A DNA stretch of 63,769 nt, the filler included, from Lenisia limosa (Eukaryota > Protista > Breviatea), in NCBI GenBank assembly GCA_001655205.1. It is 15 parts of 15 records of this genome, joined end to end, with 100 filler letters (N's around TTAATTAATTAA, not from the genome) between each part and the next. Parts side by side here need not be neighbours in the genome. Positions count along the whole stretch, not along the records: positions 33,338 to 41,838 come from LPNZ01009299.1; positions 41,939 to 54,901 come from LPNZ01000689.1; 13 more parts are not named here. The stretch is one strand, 5' to 3'. Every line of letters starts with the position of its first letter. Position 1 is the first letter of the stretch. The translations under genes were made by a program, and so were the position numbers. Below the pieces are notes generated by a model, which was given only the letters and a program-made list of their open reading frames with translations, was not told the origin of the DNA and did not search any database. Positions 37,626-49,951 of this stretch are shown here, piece by piece.

Positions 37626-40600
37626 ATGGAGAAGCCAAGGGAGCTGAAGTACTTCAATGGAATCTCAATAGTATGTCTGTTTCATTCTGATGAGTAACCA
37701 TCAGTTTTCTCTCGAGGATGCAACAAGCCAGATTGAGGCTGCTCGTGATAACGTGACGGTTGGGAGTTATTACGCTTGCAGCTGATTTGCTTGAGGGGTT
37801 TTACGAATGAAGCTGAATTGCTTGAGGGTTTTACGATTGTAACTGATTGAATATCAGGGTGAGTGTGGTCTCAGTTTCTTTTTCCTCACTCTGAGCCCTG
37901 AGGTGGCAAACAGAATGTTGTTACTTCTTAATGTACAGCGACCGTATGAAGTCTTGACCGATTTTCCTTGGGATATCTCAGAGGAAATCGGTCATGACTT
38001 GCCAAAGTCAGTGCATATGTAGAAATGAAATGATTCTTGGAAGAAGTGATTGATGCACGAGTTACTTAAGCTGAAAAAATTCTTCAGTATCAATGACAAA
38101 TGTTGAGTAAATGTTAATGCTGGTGCGGAGATGCTCAGCTCTACACTCAGTACTTCATTCAATCAATGAAACAAGCCAATTCACATCGTAGGCAATTTCA
38201 TGGCTGAAGGAGCCTTCACAAGTCCTATCCACCATCCTCAAAGACTTATTGTAAGCACCAAGATAATATTATTTCTTGGCAAATCGTGTAGACAGGAAAG
38301 GCTAAAATTGGATTTCAGTAATGGTCCGAAAAAGAACGACAAAATATTGATATTTATCGAAGATTTATTGATAAATTTAGATAGGGAACCCTAAATATCA
38401 TTTGTAGAGGGATTGATTAAACTTTCAGAGCTGGTTCGATCAAAGAGCGGACGTCTGTACACCATGCCTATGCTCTCTCCGGGCTTGATTATGCTATTGT
38501 TGGTGGATGGAGATGGGTTGGGCTTTTGTCTGTATTTTTACATTGACTACTTCATGTTTTAATGAGAGTGGAATAGTGATTCAGAATAAAATTGTAAGGC
38601 ATAATAATTCTGTAAACTGAACATTCATATTGGGGTAGTGATTTTGGCAAATATATTAATTTTGGATTAGGGCACATTTAAGTAATTAATCTAATTTGGA
38701 AACCTGCTTTAACCCTGATAGGCTGGAATCATCGCGGCTGCTGCGAATGAGCGAAACGACCCGGCCCCAACTCTCGAAGTCAGCTACACCACCAAAATCC
38801 GCGAGATCAATCCCACGTTCCACTTTTCCTGGCTTGAGCACCCTGAACGACTGCATTGTCTCAGCATGACCCTTTGTATTGCGATTGCGCTGAAGGCTTC
38901 TGAAAGTGTGTAATAGGCTTAACAATTATTAATCTCTTTTATTATGTGTTTTTTTTCAAAACTCATTCAAATGTACACTGACCGCGATAAGTCTTGACTC
39001 GGATATTGGACATTATCTTTAGTCAATCGTATCACGACTATCGCGATTACTGTTACATTTGTCGAATAGAAAAATATAACAAAGGGTACAAACTACTTAT
39101 TCAAGCTCAAACTATTTTATTATTCTGTAAAATTTGTCTATTCTTGCACTTAAAAATGTTTATGCTTGTAGGATTCATCCGAACATTGTTTCGATGTGAC
39201 GCTATCAAATGTTTGACTTTCCTTGTCCACTCCCCTCCTACTCACTACCATGCATGCGCGGTGAGAAATGGGGACCCCGGAAATAATGTATAACTCAATA
39301 AATCCTTGATATAACATATTACCCTGATTTAAGCCACGGGAGATATGCTTCCTATGGTCCAAAAAAGACGGAATTTCTCGATATATCCTCGAAAAATATT
39401 GATATTTGCAGATTTTTTTCGGACCTAGGGAAGCCCTTTTTATATTGTGATACGTACTTGCTTTTGCCATTTATCAAACTCTGATCATATTACACAGAAT
39501 ATCCAAAATTTTAAAGTCACAAAATAATTCTGTCACTCACATTTTAGGCCTTAACCGTTCTGGAAATCATTATTTCCGCATTTCCCTGGGAGTCAGCTCC
39601 TCTTCTTGCAACACCCTATGAGTTCGGTTCTTCAACCCTTATGACCGTTTTGTCCTTCGGGTCACGAGCTCGAGAGTCGTTCTACGTGAAGGCCCTTCAG
39701 TTTCCTGTGGGTAAACAGTGGCAAGGATAAGTCTTGACCGATTTAAGGAAATAAATTATAATACATTTTTTTGACAAAAGAAGTTATATCATATGTAATA
39801 CACATTAAAAATCTAGTATACATACATACTACATAGGGATACCGTAGAACAATTTACCATGTATCTTCATTGTTGCAGGAAAATGGCTACAATGGAGCCT
39901 CCATCTTCACAAGTGGTGGCCTATTTGGGTGGGATGGCATTTGGCTTTCAGTTTTTAGGAGGCAGTAGAGATGTACTTAGGGATTCACTTTGGTTCAAAA
40001 AAAGACTGAGTTTGTCGATTAATCCAAAGTACCAATATTTTTTGAAACGAAGTGAAGCCTTAACTTACTCTTTTATTTATCAACGTAATACTTTCCAGTT
40101 TTGAGGAGGTGGCCGAACAGCCTGCTGTTAACTCACTGACTGCCATCATGCATCGAAGTATGATGTCTCCGTGGCGCATTTTATGGATCTATCTTGAAGT
40201 GGGGGGGGGGGGTCACCTTGGNNNNNNNNNNNNNNNNNNNNNNNNNNNNNNNNNNNNNNNNNNNNNNNNNNNNNNNNNNNNNNNNNNNNNNNNNNNNNNN
40301 NNNNNNNNNNNNNNNNNNNNGTGTAATTTTTGTTTTTTTGGCATTCATGGAGGGAGGGTTTTGAGGATCGTGAGTTATTTTTAATTTTTTGAATCTATCT
40401 TTAAGTACTTGGGGAGGGGGGTTATGGCAATCCATCAGCATTCCCAAATCCCCATCCATGAAATCTTTTTTTTGTTTTTCATTCCCACCATTCTTTTTAT
40501 CAGTCAATTTTAAATTACGAACTAACCTCTTTAGCATCACAATGCATGGTAACCATTTTAGCGTCGCCATGCTTCTCTCTCCGAAGAATGCCTTGTACTT

Positions 40601-41772
40601 GTTGCTGATCTGATGAAGGAGTGGCCGCGAACTCTCGTCATGTGTCAAGACCAAGCCGTGAGGGGGGGGGATTGGATAGAGCTTTGGAGAGGGAGGGCAT
40701 TTGGGTGACTGTACAGTGGGGGTGCGAACAGAGTATATTTTGGCTGTTGTTTCTTGATTAGTACCTTTACGCCAATATTCTTCATCGAAATTTCCCTCGC
40801 TTTACTCCTCTCCCCTTCACCCATAGGATGCCTCGCTGCTTATTCAGTGTATCTTCACAATCATTGGCCACCCCGAAAACCCTGGAAGTTTTCTCGAAAA
40901 AATCGCGTCTTCTCCGAACCTTGCCACATTACTGGAATTGGCGTATCTTCAGCAGCAACCAGAAATCGTGATTCCTGCTCTTGATGTTCTTTTGGTTTGG
41001 GGGTGGGGGATTATAAGTGGGGCTTCCCTACAGTCCCAAAAAAAGACTGTTTTCGATAAATCCTCGATAAATATTGATATTTTATCGGTCTTTTTTCGGC
41101 GCAGGGAAGTCCTAGTTGTAAGGATCGTAGGGAAGACCTAGTTTACAGAAGTGATAAGAATCACTTGGGGTGGTGGGTGGGTTGTATCACAAGGAGTTAC
41201 CTTGAGATTGTTGGAGANNNNNNNNNNNNNNNNNNNNNNNNNNNNNNNNNNNNNNNNNNNNNNNNNNNNNNNNNNNNNNNNNNNNNNNNNNNNNNNNNNN
41301 NNNNNNNNNNNNNNNNNNNNNNNNNNNNNNNNNNNNNNNNNNNNNNNNNNNNNGTCATCTGATAGTTGACTATTAGCAATATCAGGTTATCTGTTAGATG
41401 TCCATTATATAGTTTGACAGTTGACCATTATAGATTCATTCGAAGTCAGAAGGAAGCTTTATGGCGAAGATAAAAGCCCTGGCTGGGTTTTCATCAGACG
41501 TTCTAGCTCTCAATGTTTGCAAGGATAAATCTTGCCCGAATTGCTATAATTTCCCAAGGATAATTGGAGTTATTCTGGTCACTGTTTATGCTGAATTTTT
41601 CACGCTGAAAATCATTCCTAACTTGACGTGTTCACCCCCTAGGCTATGGTGGAGAACATTCTCAAATCAAATCTCCCAGCAGTTAAACAGGAATTTCAGT
41701 CATGGCGTATGTTTCATGGTTCGGAAGCAGCGAATAAACCGCTAATGGACTCTTACAAGCAAAATGCAACTG
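37626..41772 (+). CDS. helical-repeat (ARM/HEAT-like) protein, 3' truncated
   Basis: MEKPRELKYFNGISI|FSLEDATSQIEAARDNVT...AGIIAAAANE...CIAIALKASE|RFIRTLFRCDAIKCLTFLV...|ALTVLEIIISAFPW...|DASLLIQCIFTIIG...LATLLELAYLQQQPEIVIPALDVLL; amphipathic helices; fold is inferred. Confidence 0.65.
37934..38015. mobile_element. MITE family B, degenerate
   Basis: TACAGCGACCGTATGAAGTCTTGACCGATTT...AAATCGGTCATGACTT; solo arms also at 38974-38998, 39716-39744 and 62452-62476. Confidence 0.7.
38310..38393. mobile_element. MITE family A2, degenerate
   Basis: GGTCCGAAAAAGA...GATATTTATCGA...TAGGGAACCCTA. Confidence 0.65.
39344..39438. mobile_element. MITE family A2, full length
   Basis: TATGCTTCCTATGGTCCAAAA...TTCGGACCTAGGGAAGCCC. 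Confidence 0.8.
39978..40062. mobile_element. MITE family A1
   Basis: TAGGGATTCACTTTGGTTCAAAA...TTGAAACGAAGTGAAGCCTTA. Confidence 0.8.
40756..40793. repeat. short interspersed repeat family G
   Basis: GATTAGTAC(C)TTTACGCCAATATTCTTCATCG also at 62004-62036 and inverted at about 61296-61325; the flanking TTTGGAGTTTCAGATTxTTCGGTTCGTGATT of the 62004 copy recurs at 63125-63160. Confidence 0.65.
41018..41114. mobile_element. MITE family A2, full length
   Basis: TGGGGCTTCCCTACAGTCCC...GCGCAGGGAAGTCCTA. Confidence 0.8.
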
Positions 41773-42390
41773 TATGCCCCTACCCACATCCCTCCACAGC
41801 TGAATTCATATTATGAGGTAAATGTACATATCATATTANNNNNNNNNNNNNNNNNNNNNNNNNNNNNNNNNNNNNNNNNNNNTTAATTAATTAANNNNNN
41901 NNNNNNNNNNNNNNNNNNNNNNNNNNNNNNNNNNNNNNTTTTTCTCACCAGATTTGATAATATTATTGTTAAAATTAACAGAATCCCACTTACATTTGAG
42001 TTTCCCTCGTTTTCAGCTCTTAAAATATAACTATTGTAACAGAGATAATTGAAGAAAAGGGATAAAACAACAAAAAACAAAGCAAAAACACAATTAAATA
42101 GTCCGCAGTATCGGTACTCTTGTGGCTCTTTATTTTTTTCTTATTGTTTTCTTTTTTCTTTTTTCTTCTTTTTTCTTCTTTTTTCTTCTTCTTTCTTCTG
42201 GTTTCTTCTTTTTAGAGCAGATTCTGCTTAGCTCTATGAGGTACTAGTAACTGTTGTTACAATTCATCATTTTACCAGTATTATAGATAAAATCAAGCAA
42301 TTTATACACGGCTTCACTGGCAAAAATACCCAAATTTAATTAATCCCAAGGTTTATGCAGAGCAGCATTTCAGTTGTCGAATTTCTAATA

Positions 42391-45300
42391 GTTTAGGCTC
42401 ATACCTACATTACAGGAGTGTGTCAAACCCGGCTAGACCGAATTTTCCAAGTTTGTCCTTCTTTTTAATGAAATTTTTCAAAATGCTATGAAGCGATATG
42501 AAAAATATTGATCATATAAAGAAGTTATTCATAGAAAATTATAATGTGTCACCTCTAGGACATGCAGGAGGAGCTGATCACTTTGGCCATTGCCTCAATA
42601 ATAGGGTGGAATATCTCAGATACAGAAAGTATCCGCCAGTTCCTATGGCGGTGGGGATGGGTTGAACGACTGAATGTTAAAAATTTGGCATTGTATATTT
42701 ATTTTGTCTCAAATTTTGGCATGTGGTCACGGATCACATTCTCACAATTTCAGTGAACAGGTGTTTAGCGATACATACTTATTGACTGTTTTGAAACCAA
42801 GACAGCTTGTCATTTATTACCAGTATGATGAACTGTTCTGACCAAATTGCAAAGATACTTTAAGGCATTGGTCACTATCACTATTGGATGCAATTATATA
42901 ACTATTTATTGTTTACAATCAGGCAAAAGTTAACACGTATTTATTATTGTTAGAAGGGGATACAACAGAATTTATAAGATATATTGTTGAAGTAACAACA
43001 TAGAATAAAAACAGAAACTACTATTGTATTGAGTAATATTTGTCACTGCAATTTTTGAAAGTCCTTATTGTGGAAACAACCTGACAATTCAGCACAAACC
43101 CATCATCAGCCATATTTGGCTTTTCTGATGAGACAATTAAAGACTGCACCTGGTGCCCAGAGGATATGGTACGCAGTCACTTAACCATACTTAAACGTTA
43201 TATTTTGCCTCACAAGATACATGAACATATTTTGTGTTGAAACAATTGATGATGGACTGTAAGCAACTTTTGAATGGATTGAAAAATTTTTGGCATGTTC
43301 CTTTACCATAATCTGGACTCAGAATATTTGTTATAATTTCCAAACAGGTGAAGTCCAATTTGACAGTGTTCTCCGGAGGAGTCAATATCTTTGGTGAACT
43401 TCAGCTAATCAGGTTGACTGGATGGTGTCATTATTTAAGGTTGCTATTGAATTATTTTTCTCAATAAAGTGAATCATAATTGTGTTATTGAAATTTTCAA
43501 TTTAACAAACTGTTTGACAATAATGTGAATGTTGTGACGACACCTTGATTTTTCCTAAATTCATTCGCCTAGGGACTCCAAGTTGACGGCCAATTTTACT
43601 GTACCATCTAACGGGGAAGAAACAAATTCAATTAGTATTCTGTTGGTGGACAGCAATGTTATTTGTGTAACTTAACCAAAAAAACAATTATTATTGTCAA
43701 CGACGCTGAGTTAGCAATATACAACAGAAAGGAACCATTGTCCTCTTTTAAACTTCAAATGGCCGACATTTATCAGATGTTTTTATATTGCTCTTGCTCT
43801 TTATAATTTAATACACAAGAATTCAATTACAATTTTAGAAAAACCGAGTTTGACAGTATGTTTGAGTCAGGAGGTCATATGGTGGGCATTATTCAAACAT
43901 ATTAACTTGTTACACATATAATATTATGTACAATTAAAGAGCTTTTCTTACCTTGTCAATATTGACATATTCTTCCAAAATATTACCTAAACTGTCTTTT
44001 TATTACATTTCTCAAAATGATTTGGAAATTTGTATACATTTTAAGAATTATTGTTAAGGTATGGTCCGAGCCAGCTTTCCACTCAGACATTAATGAGGGA
44101 GCATTAGTTATTGCATTAACTACATATGTAAGCACTTTTGATATGTATCTTAATTTCACAACTACGTAACTATGATAATTCAGACAAATGACACCCTTGT
44201 TACACCTCAAAAGAGTAGATTTGAATTTTCCACTGATGGAAGGTAGAGTTTTGTATTTCGTTCTGGATTATTTGGTAAATAAATTCATTTCCATACATAA
44301 ATAATAGAAATAATTTTTTTCTCAATAGTGGGATAGAGAACTGCATCTAAACGCTTTCATATTTTCACATATTTATTCAAATAGTGTGTTTTATTATCAA
44401 TAATTCAAACACAATATTTCAAAAAACATGACATAATAAATGTGAAACAGTACGGAACGAGGGGAGCCGAGCTGGGGAATGGCAGTGACATTCACTGAAA
44501 GAACCCTACAAGAAGCTCTGAGGGTATGATGACTAGGGTTTTGTTACATGACTGTTTTAAATTAGATGTTCAATTCAATTTACAATACGCTTTTCAGTTT
44601 TCAAATTCCTTTTAGGAAACCATCACACAAAGTCACACAGGGTTTGGCGTAATGCTGCTACATACTGGTAAGGTTAATGGTGACAAAACAGAATCAACTT
44701 TAAAATAAATCTTTAGCCTTTAATCTGGTCTTCATTGAATTTTTTTATAGTGTTATAATTATTCTAATTTTACTTCGACTTTCTTAACCCATGTTTTTGA
44801 CTTGATGTATTGTCTGGGAATGTTACTCTCCAAAGGCAATCAAGTTTTCATATACATTGGTTGTTCTAACAAGTATCATAAACATTTGAAGTAATAAACT
44901 GAATGATGGTAGGTCAAAATTCTGTATATAATATCAGAAAGAGTCTGCTGCACCAATAATATTTCCCAATCACCCTGTAGACTACACCGTTTTTTCAGCC
45001 TATTGTAACGGATGGCAGAAGAACGCTTTTGTAAGTGCAGAGATGAAGAGGCGGATTAAAATTTTGTGTCTTTGATTCAAACACTGCTTTTTGAATTTTT
45101 GTATTTACTACTTACATTGTCCATTCTGCTTTCGTCATCCGTATAGAAGAGAATGTTTTACGAGATTAACTGTCCAAATCTTGTGGATGTTGTCAATAAA
45201 ACTCTGTACATGGTAGGTATTGACTGTCGCTCCCAAATAATAAATTCTCCGATCTCCTCTAATCCCTTTATTCAACCCCCCCCCCTTTGAATTATACACG

Positions 45301-48300
45301 ATTCTGCTCATAATTTTAGCAAAAACAAGGTTTCTGAGAATATCTTGTTTTCAACACCTTATTTTCTATTATACCACCCAATAGTCCATTTACATATTAT
45401 CCAATATTTTAGGTATAAATAGTACTGTTCTCCTAAATACTCACAAAGTAGCCCCAGAGAAATTGGACCCATGTGGACGGTATGTCACTTAATGACGAAA
45501 TCAACCTCATTTCGGTCGGTAAAGTAAGGGCGTGTATTGAATAATGTTATGATTGGTTCATAAGATATTTATTTTGATATACTTTTCATACACTCAATTA
45601 TTGTGAATAGGCTGATATTAATAAAAGTGTTGAAAACAGAAACAAATACTTCATTGAACTTCCACGATAGTCCAGATGTTTTAAAGGTTTTCAAGAGAGT
45701 TTTATACATATATATATTAAATAACAATGGAGCCGTGATCGTATTGTTCATATATCGTATCCCATAAGTTTATTCAAATAATATAAAGTGTGTCAATGTA
45801 AATGCTCATTATTGAGACCACCACTGATAAAAGTATATCAAAGCCTCCGAGGAATTGTATTTACTACATAAGACAACATTCATCAGAGATGACATAGGCC
45901 TTCAAATGATGATGGTGACTGTCACCCCTCTCGTCAATGTCACAACATTGGTAGGTTGATATTACAGATTTCTTAGTGATATCAATTTGTTTTGTTGAAT
46001 TTGATTTGTATGTATATGTAGTCTATTAGAAGCTTTCAGAAGCCACATTTGTTTCTTTAACTAACTTCCCAGTACCTCAATGAAGTCGAGAACTTGGGAA
46101 CTGAGAAGCAGTCATATCAAACAACCCTACTGATCTCTACTCTTCTTTGTATGTCAATAACAATAATCTTATCCATGTGATGATTACGGGTTTGTAGTAC
46201 ACAGAATGATACATTTTTGATAACAACATAACTTGAATTTTGAGACTCTTCGAATTTTGTAATCTTTATGTATTGATAAATCACATTTGCTGAAAATATG
46301 ACTTCATCTGTCCCAAAAATAAGACACAATGCTTACAAAAGAACGAAATATTATGAATAGCCGTGTAGATTGTTGACCCAGATCAGGTGCAAGTATTTCC
46401 TTAGGTGTCACAATTTGCTTGTCTGTCCAATTTAGCGGTCCTATGAAACTCGTGTTGAAACAGTGGGCTAATTAGTGTTGTATATGACATATTGTGTGTA
46501 ATAACGAAAACGGGGGATATTGGTTTGAATTTGTAAACTTCATTTTGTTCATTTGTCTTTTATGATATCCGATAAAACTAGGGAATTTTTCAAAACAACT
46601 GAATCTTTTAGACCTATATAAATCATTCATAATTGAATTTTTAGACTGAATCAAGTCGGGCGTCTCGACTTTCAAAACCTTGAAACGTGGGAGGGGTAAT
46701 ATGGGAGGAAGGTTTTTTGACGTGAGAAAGATTATAGGTGAGCTAGGGGTGATATCTGTTTAACCGATTATCCAAATTGATTACATTCTTGGTATAAATA
46801 ACTCATCTAGCGGGGAACTATCCAACTCTTGGGTATCTGAGATCAACAAATTGGGCCAAGCATTTGTAGACTTGAGAAGAGACTTGGTGTCTTTCAGGTT
46901 TGACGGGAGAGAGAAGTTTGTTAATCAGCGAAGATATTTTGGTTCCTGATGTTACATTCACTGGTACTGTTGTTTGTTAAATGATTAACCACATTGCTTT
47001 TTGTGAAGTCGGGTACTTTATAATTATGAAATTTTTATAATTGTGATTAGTTCTCATTTCCACTTTCACACACCATAGTCGCTATATTCCAGTCAGCTTA
47101 GGTCCAATTATTCATGAATCTGGAAAAGACTCCGAGGTGAGTTTGTGCAGATAATGAAATTATTAAGTTGATAATTCAAGTGATGTTAACTATACTGCAA
47201 TTATAATATTAAATTATACTGATTCACTTTATATACTACTCCATATAAACATATATTAATACATATATCTGTATTTTTCCAAATGAATTTTTACATCCCA
47301 GTTGGGGCTGCTGGCCAATGACTTAACGTGAGTTTGGGCTCAATATGTGATCCTTTTTAGTAATTATAAACAAATTGTTTACACTTTCGCTATTTATCAC
47401 ACAAACATTTGCACTATAACCAAAACAACTTAATTTTTGATATTTTATTTCTTCTTTCGTTGCTTTATTCTGTAATATAATCTAAGTTTGTAGCTGATGT
47501 AATAATTCTTGTTTTTGCGCTTTCCTACAATTCATAATCAAATCGAATTACTCTGATTATTCAGTGTACTCACAAGTGATATCCAAGGCTTCACAGGCAT
47601 TTCTGAGGGTATGATAATTTGCCCTCCATTTGGCACAATATCATTCACATGTAATATATTTATTACAACTACACCAAGATATACAGAAAAGAGGTAAATG
47701 AATATCATATTCCAAAACATACAATCTTACTTTGACTTCTTCATTCTTAGATTAGTATTGTATTAAATTATATTTACTTTAAATGATTGTCTTTTTGAAT
47801 AAATATGATTCCTCGTATTTTTTGAGATATTACAATTGAAATTACGTTGGATTTACTGAGTTATTGCTGCCATGTAACTTTATGTAGAATTGGAGCCGCA
47901 ATTACTTGCTGAATTCCTTACGGAGTATTTGACTCTCATGGGTTCAATCATTGAGGAGGAGCAAGGCACTATTGGCGAGTGAGCAGAGTTGTAACTCAAT
48001 ATTGTTTTGGGTCTTTCTACACCTTAACCTACTTCGAGATGTAATGACACCCCAGGTTCCTTGGAGATGGGATTGTGGCGTTTTGGAATTCCCCAACAGA
48101 AGTTACATACCACGAAGGCCGTGCCTGCATTACCGCCCTACGAATGCAAGTAGGTTGTTTGCGCTGGATTTCATCCCTCTTATAGTTGTAATCATGAGCA
48201 TATTTTCTATCCACTATCTATTACAACACAAGGAAGCTTCATTTGTTGCCGAAAAAAGTCTAAAACAGAGACTTCAGCATCAATCTCTGATTACCCGAAT

Positions 48301-49800
48301 AGGCGTTTGTTCGGGTACAACATTGTATGGCAATATGGGTAGGTTGGAGTCAAGGATTAAGAAAACCTCAAAATGTCTGATTTTTATTTTGAATTGAGAT
48401 GTCATCATTTTCATTGCCTTCAACAGACATGAATTAGTATACATATAAGCTGGACAACACTGAATATCAGTGACACATTTCGACATAACATTATCAGGGA
48501 CAACAACGCACTTCAAATACGGAGTGGTTGGTTCAATTGTAAGCATGTCTTCAACACTGGAAGAGGCATGCAAAGTATTCAACTGCAAGATTATTATCAG
48601 CAAGTCAACTTATGTCAAAGTTGGTCACGAGTTTATATGCAGGTAGGTTATGAATTTAGTATTGTTGAACTCTTGATTCTTCTTTATCATTGTCAATAGT
48701 CCTCTGCTGTTTTTTGAAGTTGATTTTTCTTCATTTGTTTCATTTAATTAATTTTTGTTGTATATCTTAATAATATTGCCATTCAGTATCACAGTAAATT
48801 TTCATTGATTATGATGATTATCTTTTTTACAAATGTGGCATTTAGGTTTCTGCTTTACAATTTATTGTATATTGTGTTTAAACCAGCATTTTCTTATGCT
48901 CTGCACAGATGCTTGGGCAGAGCAGACATTATGGGTGAAAACAGGTTACCAAGTATTTTAATATTTGAACTTCTTGCAAGTCCCCCGCCACCAACAGGTA
49001 GGCAAAAGGGTTCCAGGTAGGATATATGTTAGTTGTTCTTAAACTAAAAAAACATAAACTCCTTTTCTATTTATTAAGTTTGGTAATATTTTGTGTTAGA
49101 GTTTTATTTGAAAGTAATTACAGCGGTTCCATTTTTGATTACGAAGCTTCCTATTCAACACTTGAAAACCTCATTGAATGCTGGAGCAACGCTATGCTAT
49201 GGCACAAATTTTTAGACGTATGTGTGACAGGATACTCACATTTGATATAGTGACAAATCGATATCATTAGATATGAGTACTGTGACTTGAAGACTCATGA
49301 TAAAATATCTAAATTCTCAATATGTGTCCGTAGATTATCTTCGGAGTATTTACTTAGGCATTCTAGGCCATCAACGAAAATAAGAAGAAACTAGCAGAGC
49401 ATCTTTTGACCTCATGGGTTCTGCAGTATGGAACGGTTGGCAGCATCTCCTTTTTGTAATGTTTTGCACAAGTTACTTGGGCTCTGTGCAATTGAAAAAT
49501 TAATTAACAAATTGAAGTTGGAACGAGAACAATTTCAAATTATTTCAATTAATTACCTCAAAAAAATAATTGCACAGAGCCGAACAAAGTACCAAACTAC
49601 GTATTGCATAATCAGAGCATGATGTGATTATTTTCATCATTATAGAACTATTACACAAAAGGCCTTCATTCCAGACTTTCCGCGATTCCTGGTGGGATCA
49701 CCATGAATATGGAGTAATTATCAACAACCGAAAATATTGTCTATTAATTTGAATAATTAGGCTCGCCTGACGACATCAACATTGAGCAGACTACAAAGGC
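42391..49800 (+). CDS. receptor-type class III nucleotide cyclase: Cache-like sensor, TM, HAMP, cyclase homology domain
   Basis: Phase-consistent exons 46073-46148, 46405-46462, 46645-46686, 46811-46897, 47079-47136, 47302-47327, 47565-47608, 47888-47978, 48056-48149, 48233-48338, 48498-48642, 48909-48997 give TTLLISTLLCVTICLSVQFSGPMKLVLKQLNQVGRLDF...SEINKLGQAFVDLRRDLVSFSRYIP...TVLTSDIQGFTGISEELEPQLLAEFLTEYL...GTIGEFLGDGIVAFWNSP...RIGVCSGTTLYGNMGTTTHFKYGVVG; upstream VWSEPAFH...LVIALTTY and WGMAVTFTERTL are Cache-like. Both gene ends are uncertain. Confidence 0.9.
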
Positions 49801-49951
49801 CATGGTTTATGAGCAATATTGATTAATATGGTCAGAATTGGACCAAAGCTATCTTATCTTTTCCCTGTTTAGAGCAATTGTATTGTTTTTGAAGTGAAGC
49901 ACACTGATACAGTTACTTAAACCAGTACATTTAGGGGAACATAATACCAGG

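Noticed and set aside
40877-40920. Apparent degenerate family A core (TTCTCGAAAAAATCGCG...CCGAACC)
   Set aside because: It lies inside an open exon (GSFLEKIASSPNL) of the ARM-like gene; chance similarity.
47951-48397. ORF with TPQ...DCGV resembling a Ulp1 protease motif
   Set aside because: It is the wrong frame of the cyclase exon FLGDGIVAFWNSP; only the 3' part of this ORF is real coding frame.
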